A model generated the notes under the pieces. It worked only from the letters and a program-made list of their open reading frames with translations, was not told the DNA's origin and made no database searches. Positions 43,253-54,305 of a stretch of DNA of 64,000 bases are shown piece by piece. This DNA is from Chrysochromulina tobinii (taxonomy: Eukaryota), in assembly GCA_001275005.1 (NCBI GenBank), contig JWZX01003409.1, forward strand, positions 1 through 64,000. The letters are read 5' to 3'. The position numbers and the translations under genes were made by a program. Each line of letters starts with the position of its first letter. Positions within the stretch are counted from its first letter, which is position 1.

Positions 43253-45817
43253 CTATACACCTTCCACTTCGCCCGGGCCAACGCCCCCCACGCCCTCCCG
43301 CGCCGATGCCGTGGGCTGCGTGTTGAAGACGCTCGCAAGCTGCCCGTCCGTGGTCGCCTGCACAGGGCCTTTGTCCGGGCGCTCGCGCACAAAGCGCGGG
43401 AAGCGCAGGGCGAGTCCCTTGTCCTCCGCGACGAGCCCAAAGGCGGCCCGGTACATTGGCGAGATCGATACCTCCGCGGCACTCACCTCCCATACGACCC
43501 GCGGGCGCAGCCACACGTGCGGCGCCATCAAGGGCGGCAGCGTGCCGGGCAGGTCGTACAGCTCGCGCGCCTCCTCCTCCGTGCACGCGTGCGCCTCCGC
43601 CTGCTCAGACCAGCGCGCCAACTCCACGTCACTCAGGCCGGAGCCCAGCTTGCAAATGGGCTGGTAGAGTTTCGTCTCGGGCGAGTACACGGCGAGCAAA
43701 TACGCGCCGTACGCTCCCGCACGCTTGCCGCGCCCCATGTAGGCGCCGATGGGCACCAGGTCGAAGCTGTCGCCCATGCCGTCCAGATAGTCGCGCTTGA
43801 GCTTGAGCCACTGGAGGGAGCGCTTGCCCGCCTCGTAGCCCGCGCCCGCCGCGACGCCCTGCTCCGCCGCGCCCTCGGCAGCCTGCGGTAGCGCCGCGCC
43901 GCCCGGGACGAGGCACTTGAGCATCAGCCCCTCGGCCTGCGCCTCAAAGGCGCGCTCGAGCTCGTCGCGTAGCTCTTGCTCGTTGGAGACCTCGACGCCT
44001 TGCGCGAGCTGCACGCGATGGGGGATCGGACGCAGCAGCGCGCGCAGCTTTTGACGGCGCTCGCGCAACGGCTCGTTCAGCAGTGACACGCCATTGAGCT
44101 CGAGCAGATCGAACGCGAAGACGCACACGCGCGGTCCGGCCGCGAGCTGCGCGTCCGTCGGCGCCTTGCGCGGGCGGGCGGCCAGGCTCTGGAATGGGAG
44201 CACCTCGCCCGTCGCCTCGTCGATGGCGCACAACTCCGCGTCGACCACGGCAGAGCTCGTGGGCACGTGGGTGCCGTCCGCGCCCATTACGGCGCCGAGT
44301 GCCGCCGGCAGCGCGTCGACGATCTCCGGGAATCTCGCCGAGACCTCATCGAGTGAGCGGCTGTACAGGCGCACGCGCGAGCGCTCCGCCACCTCTGCCT
44401 CCGAGGGCGGCAACAGGTGCGCTTGGCAGCGCTCCCCATCGTACTTCCACTCGCACAGGAACGGACGCCCGACGAGACGCGCGAGGGCAGCCTCGATCGA
44501 AGGGGACGCGGAGGCGGCCATGGGCTGCACGGGTACGCCCGCGCGCACACCCGTCGCTTCGAGTAGCCGCCACACACCGCGCTCGAGCAGCGCGCTCACG
44601 AGGGTGTGATAGCACGGCGCCACGCTGAAGGCCTCGCTCACGAGCGCGGCCGCACGCCGCCGGCTCGCTGCACGCAGCTTGTCGACACTCTTGTGTGCCC
44701 GGGCGGCGGCACGCTGCGCCGCGCGCGTCGCCTTCGCTCGCTCCTCGAGCCTCTTGCGCTCCTTTGGAGCGAGGCTCGCCTTCGCGAGACTGGACCAGTC
44801 TCCGCGCAGCTTGTCGATCTGAGCGATGCTCGCCTTCGCATCCGACATATCTCCCGACATATCTCCCGACATATCTCCCGACATATCTCCGGCCGCTGCG
44901 GCCGCCTCGCCCAGCTCCGTGCGGACCGCCTCCAGCTCGAGCGCCGCGGCCCGCGCCACCTCCGCGTCCGCCTCGGCCGCGAGCGCCTCCGCCGCCGCCA
45001 CCTCGGGCGGCGGCCGCGCCACCGCGCTCACCGCAGCCGCGAGCGCGTCACGAATGCCCTTGTCGCCGATGCCCGAGCGGAGCTGACTGCGCACGGCGCG
45101 CACGAGCAACAAAGCCTCCTTGGGCGACGCGCGGCCGAGGAGCGCCGCGAGCAGCTCAGCCTTGCGCCCATTGGCGCCTTTGCCCGAGGTGGTGCCCATC
45201 TCGAGAAGGCACGCGTGCACCTCCTGCACGCGCAGCCGCGCAGCAGGAGCCGCAGCTGCCGCAGCAGCCGCAACGGCCTTGTTTGGGCAGGAGTCGGTCG
45301 CAGGCCACGCAGCAGAGTCGCGAGCGACCACGCGCGCAGCCAGCGCGCCAAGGTCGCCGCTCCTGCGCAGCTCCGCCTTCAGCTCATCAATGGGCCGATT
45401 GCACGCCTGCGCCAGCGCTTGCACCACGAGACTCTCCCCCACGCCCAGCTTGAGTGGCCGCGTTGAAGGCGTCAGCTGCATCGTCGCAATGGCCAGGCAG
45501 GGTAGTAACTCGTCGGGAGCCTCGAGGAGCGCAAACGAAAGCAGGTCGGTCATGAGCGCAACGCCCTTGAGCCGAGCAGGCTCGGCCTCTATGGCCTCGA
45601 TTGTGGACGCCAGCCGTGCGAAAGGCATGCCATCGAGATCATCCTCGGCGCTCACAGGAGAGGCGCTGCACATGCGCAGTGCGCCGAGAATTCGACGCCG
45701 CCCGCCAGCCGGCGGACCATGGAGCAGCAGCCCGCGTCGCGACATCAGCAGCGGACGCCTCAGCGCGCGACTCGACACGGGCAACAGTGCGAGAGCCAGC
45801 ACAATCTGCATTTTCAT
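43253..45817 (-). CDS. LIG1: ATP-dependent DNA ligase I family, with N-terminal signal/transit-like peptide
   Basis: CEWKYDGER, VDAE, FDLL, EGLMLK, WLKLKRDY, LRFPRFVRERPDK motifs. Confidence 0.93.
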   Translation of the reverse strand: MKMQIVLALALLPVSSRALRRPLLMSRRGLLLHGPPAGGRRRILGALRMCSASPVSAEDDLDGMPFARLASTIEAIEAEPARLKGVALMTDLLSFALLEAPDELLPCLAIATMQLTPSTRPLKLGVGESLVVQALAQACNRPIDELKAELRRSGDLGALAARVVARDSAAWPATDSCPNKAVAAAAAAAAPAARLRVQEVHACLLEMGTTSGKGANGRKAELLAALLGRASPKEALLLVRAVRSQLRSGIGDKGIRDALAAAVSAVARPPPEVAAAEALAAEADAEVARAAALELEAVRTELGEAAAAAGDMSGDMSGDMSGDMSDAKASIAQIDKLRGDWSSLAKASLAPKERKRLEERAKATRAAQRAAARAHKSVDKLRAASRRRAAALVSEAFSVAPCYHTLVSALLERGVWRLLEATGVRAGVPVQPMAASASPSIEAALARLVGRPFLCEWKYDGERCQAHLLPPSEAEVAERSRVRLYSRSLDEVSARFPEIVDALPAALGAVMGADGTHVPTSSAVVDAELCAIDEATGEVLPFQSLAARPRKAPTDAQLAAGPRVCVFAFDLLELNGVSLLNEPLRERRQKLRALLRPIPHRVQLAQGVEVSNEQELRDELERAFEAQAEGLMLKCLVPGGAALPQAAEGAAEQGVAAGAGYEAGKRSLQWLKLKRDYLDGMGDSFDLVPIGAYMGRGKRAGAYGAYLLAVYSPETKLYQPICKLGSGLSDVELARWSEQAEAHACTEEEARELYDLPGTLPPLMAPHVWLRPRVVWEVSAAEVSISPMYRAAFGLVAEDKGLALRFPRFVRERPDKGPVQATTDGQLASVFNTQPTASAREGVGGVGPGEVEGV

Positions 45818-45984
45818 GCGCTCTCTTTCATCAACACGAAGTTGCAAGACTTTGACAAACATTTGAACGGTCGACACTCAGTCTTCCTACCGCCCCTTAG
45901 ATCAAAGCACAGAACTTGGAGTGCATCATTCAAGCGTGCGTGAAGAGACGAAGTCCGACGGTTTGGACCCCGAACCCCACGGCG

Positions 45985-47937
45985 ATGATCGCCTCGTCTC
46001 TGCTCAAGGTCGAGGTGCGGGACCCGGATGCGCCAACGCCGCCGGTCCCGGCCGGTGCTGTACTCCTCACCATCGAAGAGGCTGCAGACGGCAAGGCGCG
46101 GCTCACCATCCGCCCTCGAGAGATCATCCATGGAAATGATCTATGCTCGAACGTCACAGCTCTGCTCTACGACGACCGGATGCTGGCGCACTGCTGTCCC
46201 TATGGTGAGCATCCGGAGCGGCCCGAACGCATCTCTGCAGTGCGCGACGAGCTCCTGCGCACGGGCCTCGCTGTGCACTGCCAGTCGGTGCCTGCACGGC
46301 TGGTGACGCGTGCGGAGGTGGAGTTGGTGCACGAGCGGCACCACTGGGACAAAATCGAGTGGGCCATCGGCGCGGAGCTCGCGGCGCGTGACGCATTCAT
46401 CGGCCAGCACGAGTCGCTCTACATCAACTCGCACTCGATGGACGCAGCGCGCTGCGCGGCAGGCGCTGTCATCGAGGTGACCAAGGCAGTCGTTTCTGGG
46501 CGCGCGCGCAACGGCATGGCGCTCGTGCGGCCGCCGGGCCACCACGCGGAGGCGCACATGGCTATGGGCTTCTGCGTCTTAAATACGGTGGCCATCGCGG
46601 CCGCGCACGCGCGCGAGCACCTCGGCTGCCGTCGCGTGCTCGTGGTCGATTGGGACATTCATCACGGCAACGGCATCCAGCGCATCTTCGAGAGCGACCC
46701 GAGTGTGCTCTACTTCTCGGTGCATCGGTACGAGCGCGGCGCCTACTTCCCGAGCTCGGTGGCGGACGCGGCGCCGCAGGCCGCCGGCGTGGGCGCGGGG
46801 CGCGGCACCTCCGTCAACGTCGGGTGGAACACGAAGGGCCACGCGCGGCCAGGCGACGCTGAGTACCTTGCCTGCTGGTCGGAGGTTCTCATGCCGATCG
46901 CGCGCGAGTTCGAGCCCGACCTGGTGCTCGTGGCGGCGGGATTCGACGCGGCCGAGGGCGACCCTCTCGGTATGTGCCACGTGTCGCCTGCCGGCTACGC
47001 ACAGCTCACGCGCCAGCTGATGTCGCTCGCCAACGGCAAGATCGTGCTCGCGCTAGAGGGCGGCTACTCACTCTCAGCGACAGCCGTCTCGGCGGCTGCA
47101 TGCATGGAGTCGCTGCTGGGCGTGCCGCCCGAGCGCTCGGCTGCAGCGGCCGCGCTCGCGCCACCCACACCCAAGAAGGACGCGTATGGCAAGTCCAAGA
47201 TGCCGGCGCGATTCAAACTCGCTCAGGCGGCCCTCTCGCGCGTCAACGCCGATCGACTTGCGAGAGAAGGAGCCGGAGGCGTTTGCGACGCGCCGACGGC
47301 GGCGGACAGCAAGGAGAATGCGCCGCCCGTGTCGCCTTGTGACAAGGGCGCTCGCAAGGCGCTCGAGGAGACGAAGGCGGTGCACTCCTCCTACTGGCGT
47401 TGCATGAAGGTGTTCACACCGCCGCCGCAGGCCGTGTCGACTGTAGGAGCGACCGAGCTCGAGCTGCCGGACCTGTCGCGGCTGAGTCTCAAGACGGAGG
47501 CAGAGCCTGCCGCATCTGCCGATGTCGCCCCCAGCATGATGCCATCGCCGCCGGAGGCCCCTGTTCCCAATATGGAAGGCGTGGGGCCCTCTGAGGGGGG
47601 GGCAGGTCCCCCTGCGGCTGTGGGCTCTGTGTGCGAGACGCCGAGTCGCCGGACGCGGAGCAAGCTCGCGGCTGCAAAGATCGATTTGGTAGCGACGGAG
47701 GTGACGGCGGTGACGGCGGCCTTGGCGGCGACCTCCCTCTCAGCGGTAGAGCCGCCTACTCCCACGCCGGCACAGGCGGCTGCCATGCCGAAGATGACAG
47801 CAGTACCCTTGCAGGGTGCTGCGAACGTCGCCGTCGCACACGCGATGCCCATCGAGCCGGGGGAGGAAGGTCAGTTCGCTCACGTGCCGCTGGCAGCGGC
47901 ACCCACGATGATCCCTGTTCTCCATCGCATTGACTGA
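45985..47937 (+). CDS. Class II histone deacetylase (HDA1/HDAC6-like)
   Basis: [44 protein letters not shown]. Confidence 0.95.
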   Translation: MIASSLLKVEVRDPDAPTPPVPAGAVLLTIEEAADGKARLTIRPREIIHGNDLCSNVTALLYDDRMLAHCCPYGEHPERPERISAVRDELLRTGLAVHCQSVPARLVTRAEVELVHERHHWDKIEWAIGAELAARDAFIGQHESLYINSHSMDAARCAAGAVIEVTKAVVSGRARNGMALVRPPGHHAEAHMAMGFCVLNTVAIAAAHAREHLGCRRVLVVDWDIHHGNGIQRIFESDPSVLYFSVHRYERGAYFPSSVADAAPQAAGVGAGRGTSVNVGWNTKGHARPGDAEYLACWSEVLMPIAREFEPDLVLVAAGFDAAEGDPLGMCHVSPAGYAQLTRQLMSLANGKIVLALEGGYSLSATAVSAAACMESLLGVPPERSAAAAALAPPTPKKDAYGKSKMPARFKLAQAALSRVNADRLAREGAGGVCDAPTAADSKENAPPVSPCDKGARKALEETKAVHSSYWRCMKVFTPPPQAVSTVGATELELPDLSRLSLKTEAEPAASADVAPSMMPSPPEAPVPNMEGVGPSEGGAGPPAAVGSVCETPSRRTRSKLAAAKIDLVATEVTAVTAALAATSLSAVEPPTPTPAQAAAMPKMTAVPLQGAANVAVAHAMPIEPGEEGQFAHVPLAAAPTMIPVLHRID

Positions 47938-48013
47938 GGATGGGGGGAGTACTGGGTCGCGTGGACGGTGCGCTGTCATCGCTGCTGGTGGACAGCCGCG
48001 GGCGAGCGCACGG

Positions 48014-48083
48014 TCACGTGTTCACAGATGCACGGCCACGTATTCACAGATGCGCGGCCACGCGTTCACAGATGCACGGCCAC
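48014..48083. repeat. ~22-bp tandem repeat x3 downstream of the HDAC gene
   Basis: cacgtgttcacagatgcacggc-type units. Confidence 0.8.
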
Positions 48084-48577
48084 AGAAGCAGAGAGAGAAC
48101 ACGCCACGGGCAGGCGGGGTCGAATGATGCGAGCCACATCATATCAAAATCATGTGCGAACAATGTGTGGCCGACAAGCGGGGATCGTCGTTCGAGGGAG
48201 ACGAGTCTCGAGAGCGACGTGCGCGCCTTCGAGTAGCGCGTGTGCGTGTTCTTGGCATGGTTCTGGGTGGTCGGCGCGGTACTAGCGTTCATATCCGCTC
48301 ACGCGCCACGACCGTAAAAGCGCGGGCTCATCTAGCCGCCTGTTTTATTCGCCAATTCGCGCCATCGCATATCCGATCATATGCTACGTCCGGTCCATGG
48401 TCCGGTCCCGATACAGAGCGGAGCGTATCGATGTACACACTTGAGTCTTGACTGTCACGCGCTGGTATTTTTGTAAAAACCCTACGATTCACGACTGTGT
48501 ACCCACCTCGCACCTGGGCACCCCTGAGTGTATTTGTGACCTGCTTGCTGTGTTTTGTGCTCGGCGTTGGCGACTTA

Positions 48578-51500
48578 CTACGACTCATAGAGCGGCGCGG
48601 GCGCAATCATGCTCTGCAATGCCTCCACAGAAGGCAAAGCACTCCTAAGAACATCGTCTCGAATCGGAACTGCCCATCCAGATGCAAACAAGCTGGGCTC
48701 GGTCTCGTCTAAGCTCGGCCTCGTCGCTTGCTCGGCCTCGCTGCTTGACTTCGTCGGCCGGCGTTTGATGGCGATGACCGAGCGGCTCGCAGCCCCCTCC
48801 AGCAAGGCCACGAGCTCCTTTTCTCCCTTCTTCTCCGCGAGCATCTTGGGGGTGTTGTTATGCTTGTCGAGCGCCGCCGCGTTGGCGCCGTGGCTGAGGA
48901 GCAGCTCGACCATGTGCAGGTGCCCCTTGTGCGCTGCCCAGTGGAGCGGCGTGTAGCCCGAGTTGCCCTTATCCTGAATGGGCTCGCGCGTGTTGACGCT
49001 ATGGCCCTTTGCGATGAGCATCTCCGCGACGATCAAGTTGTTATCCTTTGCCGCCCAAAGGAGCGGCTGCCAGCTGTCACTTGCGGAGCCGCCACGCCGA
49101 TTGAGGGTGGCGGTGCCTTTTTTAGAGCTCTCCCCCATGCCAGCGCTGACGCCCTCGGAAAACACGTTCGCCTCAAGCTCCGCGCACAGCAGTCGGCACT
49201 CGACGAGGGAGAGCTGTTTAGGGATCTGCAGCTGTGAACGCGAGTGCGTCACGCCGTTGATCGAGCGGGGCACGGAGTTGCAAGTGCGCACCTTGCCTTG
49301 CGCCATAAAGTCGACAAACGCATTCGCGCCACGTTCGCCCATGCTGTCGTTCCCGCGCACGTCGATCGAGGTCAGTTTGGGGCTCGTCGTCATAAGGTGG
49401 GCTAGCTGCACGGCATCATCCGGCGTGAGCTCGGCATCTCGCAGGTCGATGAAGACGTTTTCGAGCGAGCTGCGAGCATGCATCCAGCCACTGAGCAGCA
49501 TCACCCGCGCTGGCCCACGGGCCTTCCAGCCGCGCAGGTTGAGCTCCGCCCTATCGAACGCGTTCCTGAGCTGGCTGATCTCGTTGGTGAGGGTCCGCTG
49601 TAAATAGAGCGTCTCCTGCATCACCTTCGAAAAGTTGTCGTCGTTATTGAACCACTCGGGTGGGTACATGTACGCGCCGAACTCGAGAGCCTTGCGCAGG
49701 ATCTTACGCGCCAGTGGGTAGTTTGCCTCGCCGAGAGAGTCGCGCAGCTCGAGCTCGATGCCTGCCGCCATGTCCATGAGCATCTTGCGCCGGCGCGAGA
49801 GCACCTGCTCGAGCGTCATCAGAGGTCATCAAGAGGTCATCAGAGGTCATCAGAGGGGAGCACCTGCTCGAGCGTCATCAGAGGTCATCAGAGGTCATCA
49901 GAGGTCATCAGAGGGGAGCACCTGCTCGAGCGTCTGTGCCGACAAGTTGAGCGAGAGGCGCGCAGAGATCAAGAGCATCGATCCCTCGACGTCGGAGGTG
50001 AGTGCCTCGATGCCCGTGAGGGGCGGGAGCAGCACCTCGCGCTCGTGCGGGTACTGCGAGAGCCACGTCAGATCGGCGCCGCGGTCGACCATGCCCATCT
50101 GCATCTCGAAGATGGTCATCGCGTCGCCGTCCTTGCACCCGTGTGAGGCGTACTGAAGAGCTTGCTTCTTGTCGGTCGTTGTCGAGCTGAAGCCGTACTC
50201 GATGCCGCCGCGCACGCCCATCTCATTGGGCACCCAAAACTCCTTTGGCAGCGTGCCATCCTTGATGCCGCGCCACACCTTGCCCGCCTTGGTGAGCTTC
50301 GAGAGCTTGAGCACGCAGCTGTTGGTCGCGTGGATCGAGGTCGGGTAGTCGTTTTCCTTGCACAGGATGCGGCACTGCTGCTGCAAGTACGGGTTGCCGC
50401 TCTTAGCACGCAGGACCGCGTTGTACTTCATGTACATCGGCCCCGTGTACAAACGGCCCGCGATCAACTCTTCGACAATCATCTCGGCATGGTTGGCCTT
50501 CCGAAGGTGCACATTGGCGTTCGACTCCATCTCGCGGCACATGTAGTCGAGGGTGCGGGGCACGCGGCAGCACTCCGGCTGGTGCTCACGGAGGCCCTTA
50601 CGCTCTGGGTAGACGCCCTCGGGCGTCTCGGGCTTCTTCTTCGGGCACACGACAATCTCCCACTCGAGCCACGACTGTGTGGTCACACCGTTGGTCGAGG
50701 TGAACTCGTCGATTGCGTCCGGCCCTGCGCAGTGCTCATTCTCCATGGCTTTCAGGAGGGTAGCTGGAGCGCCCTCGCGCTCCGGGTCCTTGTGCATCTG
50801 GGGCGGCCCGAGGAGCGACTCGAGGCCATCAAGTGGTGATCAAGGGCAATCCGAAGGCAATCGGAGGCATTTGAGAGCACTCACCTGGGGAGGTCCGATG
50901 AGCGACTCGAGGCCGCCGTAGAAGAGGCTGAGCGAGCCATAGCTCATCTGGAACTTGCCGCTCGCCTGGAACTTGTCGTTGAGCGCGGCGGACGAGGCCA
51001 CCTTTTGCTTTCCGAGCGCCTCGACACCGTCCCATAGCATCTCAACTAGCCCGCCAAGATTCGCATCGTTCAGCAGCCGCTCGATCTCGGAGCGCCCGAG
51101 ACGGCGCACAAACTCGAACGCAGGCATCACGTCCCGTGGAGGCACCTGCGTCATCAGAGGTCACCAGAGGGTCATCAGAGGTCATCAGAGGGTCATCAGA
51201 GGGTCATCAGAGGGTTATCAGAGGGTCATCAGAGGGTCATCAGATGGTCATCATGTCCCGGCGCGGAGGCACCTGGAGCGCGCGGCTGATGAGCTTCGAT
51301 ACTCCGAGGCTTGCGAGCCATTTCGCTGTCGACCACTCCCCCTCCGCCTCGACCTCAGGCTCGCCAGAAGGCACCGACGCTGACTCGGGCGCGGACGATG
51401 GCTCGGCGATGCGTACCGGTACGCGGCGATTCCCATTCGACGACCCCAACCGATCAGGACCTGACGCGACCCCCCGTTCGTCCACGCGCTCGCTTGGTCG

Positions 51501-52463
51501 CTCACCCGCGCCTGCTGTGAGCACGCTCGCGCCTGCTCGGCTGAGCACGCTCGCGCCCGTGGCGCTCTGCTGCGGAGCCCGAGCCGCCGACCGATCCCCA
51601 GGCCGACGATGGTGTTTGAGTTCCTCACTGCTCACCTGACGAGCGCTGTCACGAGCGCTGGGGGGACTTGGATCCTGACGGCGCGGGCTGGGCAAAGCCC
51701 CAGCCCCAGTAGCCCTGGGCTCCGGTTTGCCACTCGGCTTACTCCTCCTTGCCGGTGCCCGCTGGCCGGTGCCCCCCGTGCCCCCTGAGGGACCAGCTCC
51801 AGCCCCAAAGAGCTTCCACATCTGTTCAAACTCGTCGAACTCGAGTGTGCCATTGCCGTTCACGTCCACCTCGGCGATGATGGCCTCGACTTCCTCGTCC
51901 GAGAGCACACTGCCCGTCCCCATGTTGAGCAGCTCCTTGAGCTCGTCGATGCTGATTTTTCCATCGCCGTCGGAGTCGAAAATGGCAAAGGCATCTTGCG
52001 CAGACATACTCGCTTGCAAAGGTGTGGCTCGCTTGGCGAACAAGCGGGAGAAGATGGATCGTCCTTTCTCCCTTGCGGCCTTCGAGGACTCTTCGGCTGC
52101 GCGAGTGAAGTGGCGCCAGAGCTTTGCAAACTCGTCGCGCTGGAGCTTGCCGTCTTTATTCGCGTCGACGCCACCTCGAGCCACATCAAACACACGTTCC
52201 ATATCGTCGTCGGACAGCTCGATTGTGACAGCTCTGTTTCGATTGGCCCTATCATCCTTGACCAACGCGAGCTGTAGCGCCCGAGCGGAGATCGTGCCGA
52301 TCCCGTCCGTGTCGAGAGTCGCAAAGGCCTTGTCGGCGCTCATGTCTGTGTTCAGCTTGCTCTTGCTCGAGATGCGCATCGTCGAGAAGAAGCCCGAGCT
52401 TTTCTTGAACGAGTGCGACTGCTCGGGATTCGTATCGAGCTTCGGTCTACGGCGGAATGACAT
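48578..52463 (-). CDS. EF-hand + mono-ADP-ribosyltransferase (R-S-E) + LRR-like + ankyrin protein, ~1184 aa; exons 52463-51273, 51145-50885, 50797-49922, 49804-48578
   Basis: Four EF loops; RLYTGPMY.KYN..LR, KVWRG, GFSSTT, QYPHEREVLLPP; LTSIDVRGN LRR; GYTPLHWAA ankyrins; three phase-0 GT-AG introns join four ORFs. Confidence 0.85.
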
Positions 52464-53254
52464 GCTTGCCGATCGTGCGAGTCGAGAAAGTAGCAGCGCC
52501 CCCCTGCTTGCACAGGAACGCCCTGGCGTGCGTCCATAGAGTCGGCTGTCTGCCCCCCCAATAATAGATCAAGGGCGCCTGTGGGGAATTTTGACAACTT
52601 TAACTTTTACATGCATCCGCGGAAAGGACCGGACCGAAACCGGAGGGTCCAAAACACACACATCTCTCGGAGCTATGGATGGGATGTATCCCTGCGTCAC
52701 CTTATTTGTTTCAAATCGTCATTGCAAATCGTCCTATATGGAACATTTAATTCCCCTATTTGTGTGTGAGTGTGTGACGCACGCGGCCCTAGACCCAAAC
52801 GCCAAAGGGGAGTTTGGTCTTCTATTTTTCATGTTCAGTCAAGTTCGTCGCGCCCCCCCCCGCACTCACCACACGGTCTCTAAAGACGGCTCCGCACCCC
52901 GTCCGGTCGGTACAACGCACAAGTCGGCTGAGTACTCGCTCTCTCGGGTCGCTCCATGATTATGCTAGTGATTCTGGTTATAGGTTAAATTGAATGGGCC
53001 CCGACTTTCAGCGCGCGGGGGCGCCTCGGCGCTGCTGGGACGCTGTTACTTTTTCTGGAATGTGGACAACGTTCGGTTCGCACACACAGCCTCCCCTCTA
53101 CGGAACGCCTGATCTTTCATTCCAGTGACGCGGCCAACTCAGCCCTCAGAGGGTCCTTGGTAGGCAACTTTCAAATCCAGTAAGTTGTGCCTGTGTCCTG
53201 GGGGCGTCAGCAATTCCAAATTCGCGCCGAGTTGGGCATCAGCAGTTCGCGGGA

Positions 53255-54088
53255 TCATGTCGAATCCGCGCAACGGTCGAGTTCAGCTTCATGCGGCTCC
53301 GCATCAGGTTCCTCTGGAGGCTCGTCGCCCTGCCAGCGTAGCTCGTACAGGACGTTGCGGCCGTTGCCTGCATAGTGCACGTGCAGCGCGCTGTCTGGCA
53401 GCGCGACCACAGTGAACCTGCGCCGCCGTGCCGCCTTGAAAAAGTGGAACTCCTCGCGTGCGTAGCGTCGCGTGTGTGAGAGCAGGATGAGCGGATCTCC
53501 CGGCGCAGAGGCCGTGCCGTCGTGGCGGGCGAGCGACCTGCGCGGCGACGAGTCCTGAGCGGCGCGGCGCCGTCTGCAAAGGCTCGTGAGCAGACTAAGC
53601 AGGTCGCCCCATGACTTCATCGACCCGAGATAGATGACATCGGCAGCCATCACGACGTCGGGCAAGGCGCGACCGGGCGGATGCAGGCGCAGAAGGGCCG
53701 CGTCATCCGCCCAGTCGAGAAGCGCCACTTCAGTGGACGACGAGGCAAGGTTGTCGGCCACGTTCTCGCGCGCCATCTTCACAACTGCAGGGTCGCCGTC
53801 CGTGGCGATCACGTCGGAGAAGCCAACGCGGCTGGCAACAATCGATGCGAGGCCCAGGCCCGATCCAAGCTCCAGGATCGACGAGCCACTCAACCACCGT
53901 TCGTGATTTCGATCGAGGTAGTGTGCGAGGACCAGGGATGCGTCCCAGACGGCTCCGCCAGTCCTGCTGCCGTCCTCACCCCAATGCTGGCTAATGGTCA
54001 CGGTGCCAGAATACGGGAAGCCAAAGACGCGCAGTTTTGCGGTCAGCGGTGTGACCGCCGGCGGCTCGTACAGCACGAGTGCGGTCAT
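53255..54088 (-). CDS. METTL21/Methyltransf_16 protein-lysine methyltransferase
   Basis: TGGAVWDAS..L, ILELGSGLG, ATD, LDW, AADVIY. Confidence 0.92.
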   Translation of the reverse strand: MTALVLYEPPAVTPLTAKLRVFGFPYSGTVTISQHWGEDGSRTGGAVWDASLVLAHYLDRNHERWLSGSSILELGSGLGLASIVASRVGFSDVIATDGDPAVVKMARENVADNLASSSTEVALLDWADDAALLRLHPPGRALPDVVMAADVIYLGSMKSWGDLLSLLTSLCRRRRAAQDSSPRRSLARHDGTASAPGDPLILLSHTRRYAREEFHFFKAARRRRFTVVALPDSALHVHYAGNGRNVLYELRWQGDEPPEEPDAEPHEAELDRCADST

Positions 54089-54305
54089 GAGCTATGGGCA
54101 CACGTCGCGCTGCGCGGCTTTCCGGCTTCCTGGCGTCGCACTTCATTAGGCGTCGCTCCGCAAAACTCGCGTCGAAACCGGCGTGTGAACGTTAACACGA
54201 CAGGCGCGACAACCTGTGTGCTGGCTGTTAATTCTTTCTCGGCGAACGTTCCTATTCACAAGCAACTTCACTAAATTTGTGGAGCAGACGGCCCGGTCGG
54301 GACCG

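Noticed and set aside
49805..51272. Box C/D snoRNAs in TGATGA/CTGA-rich introns
   Set aside because: Motifs arise from a 10-11 bp tandem unit with no room for guide sequences or terminal stems
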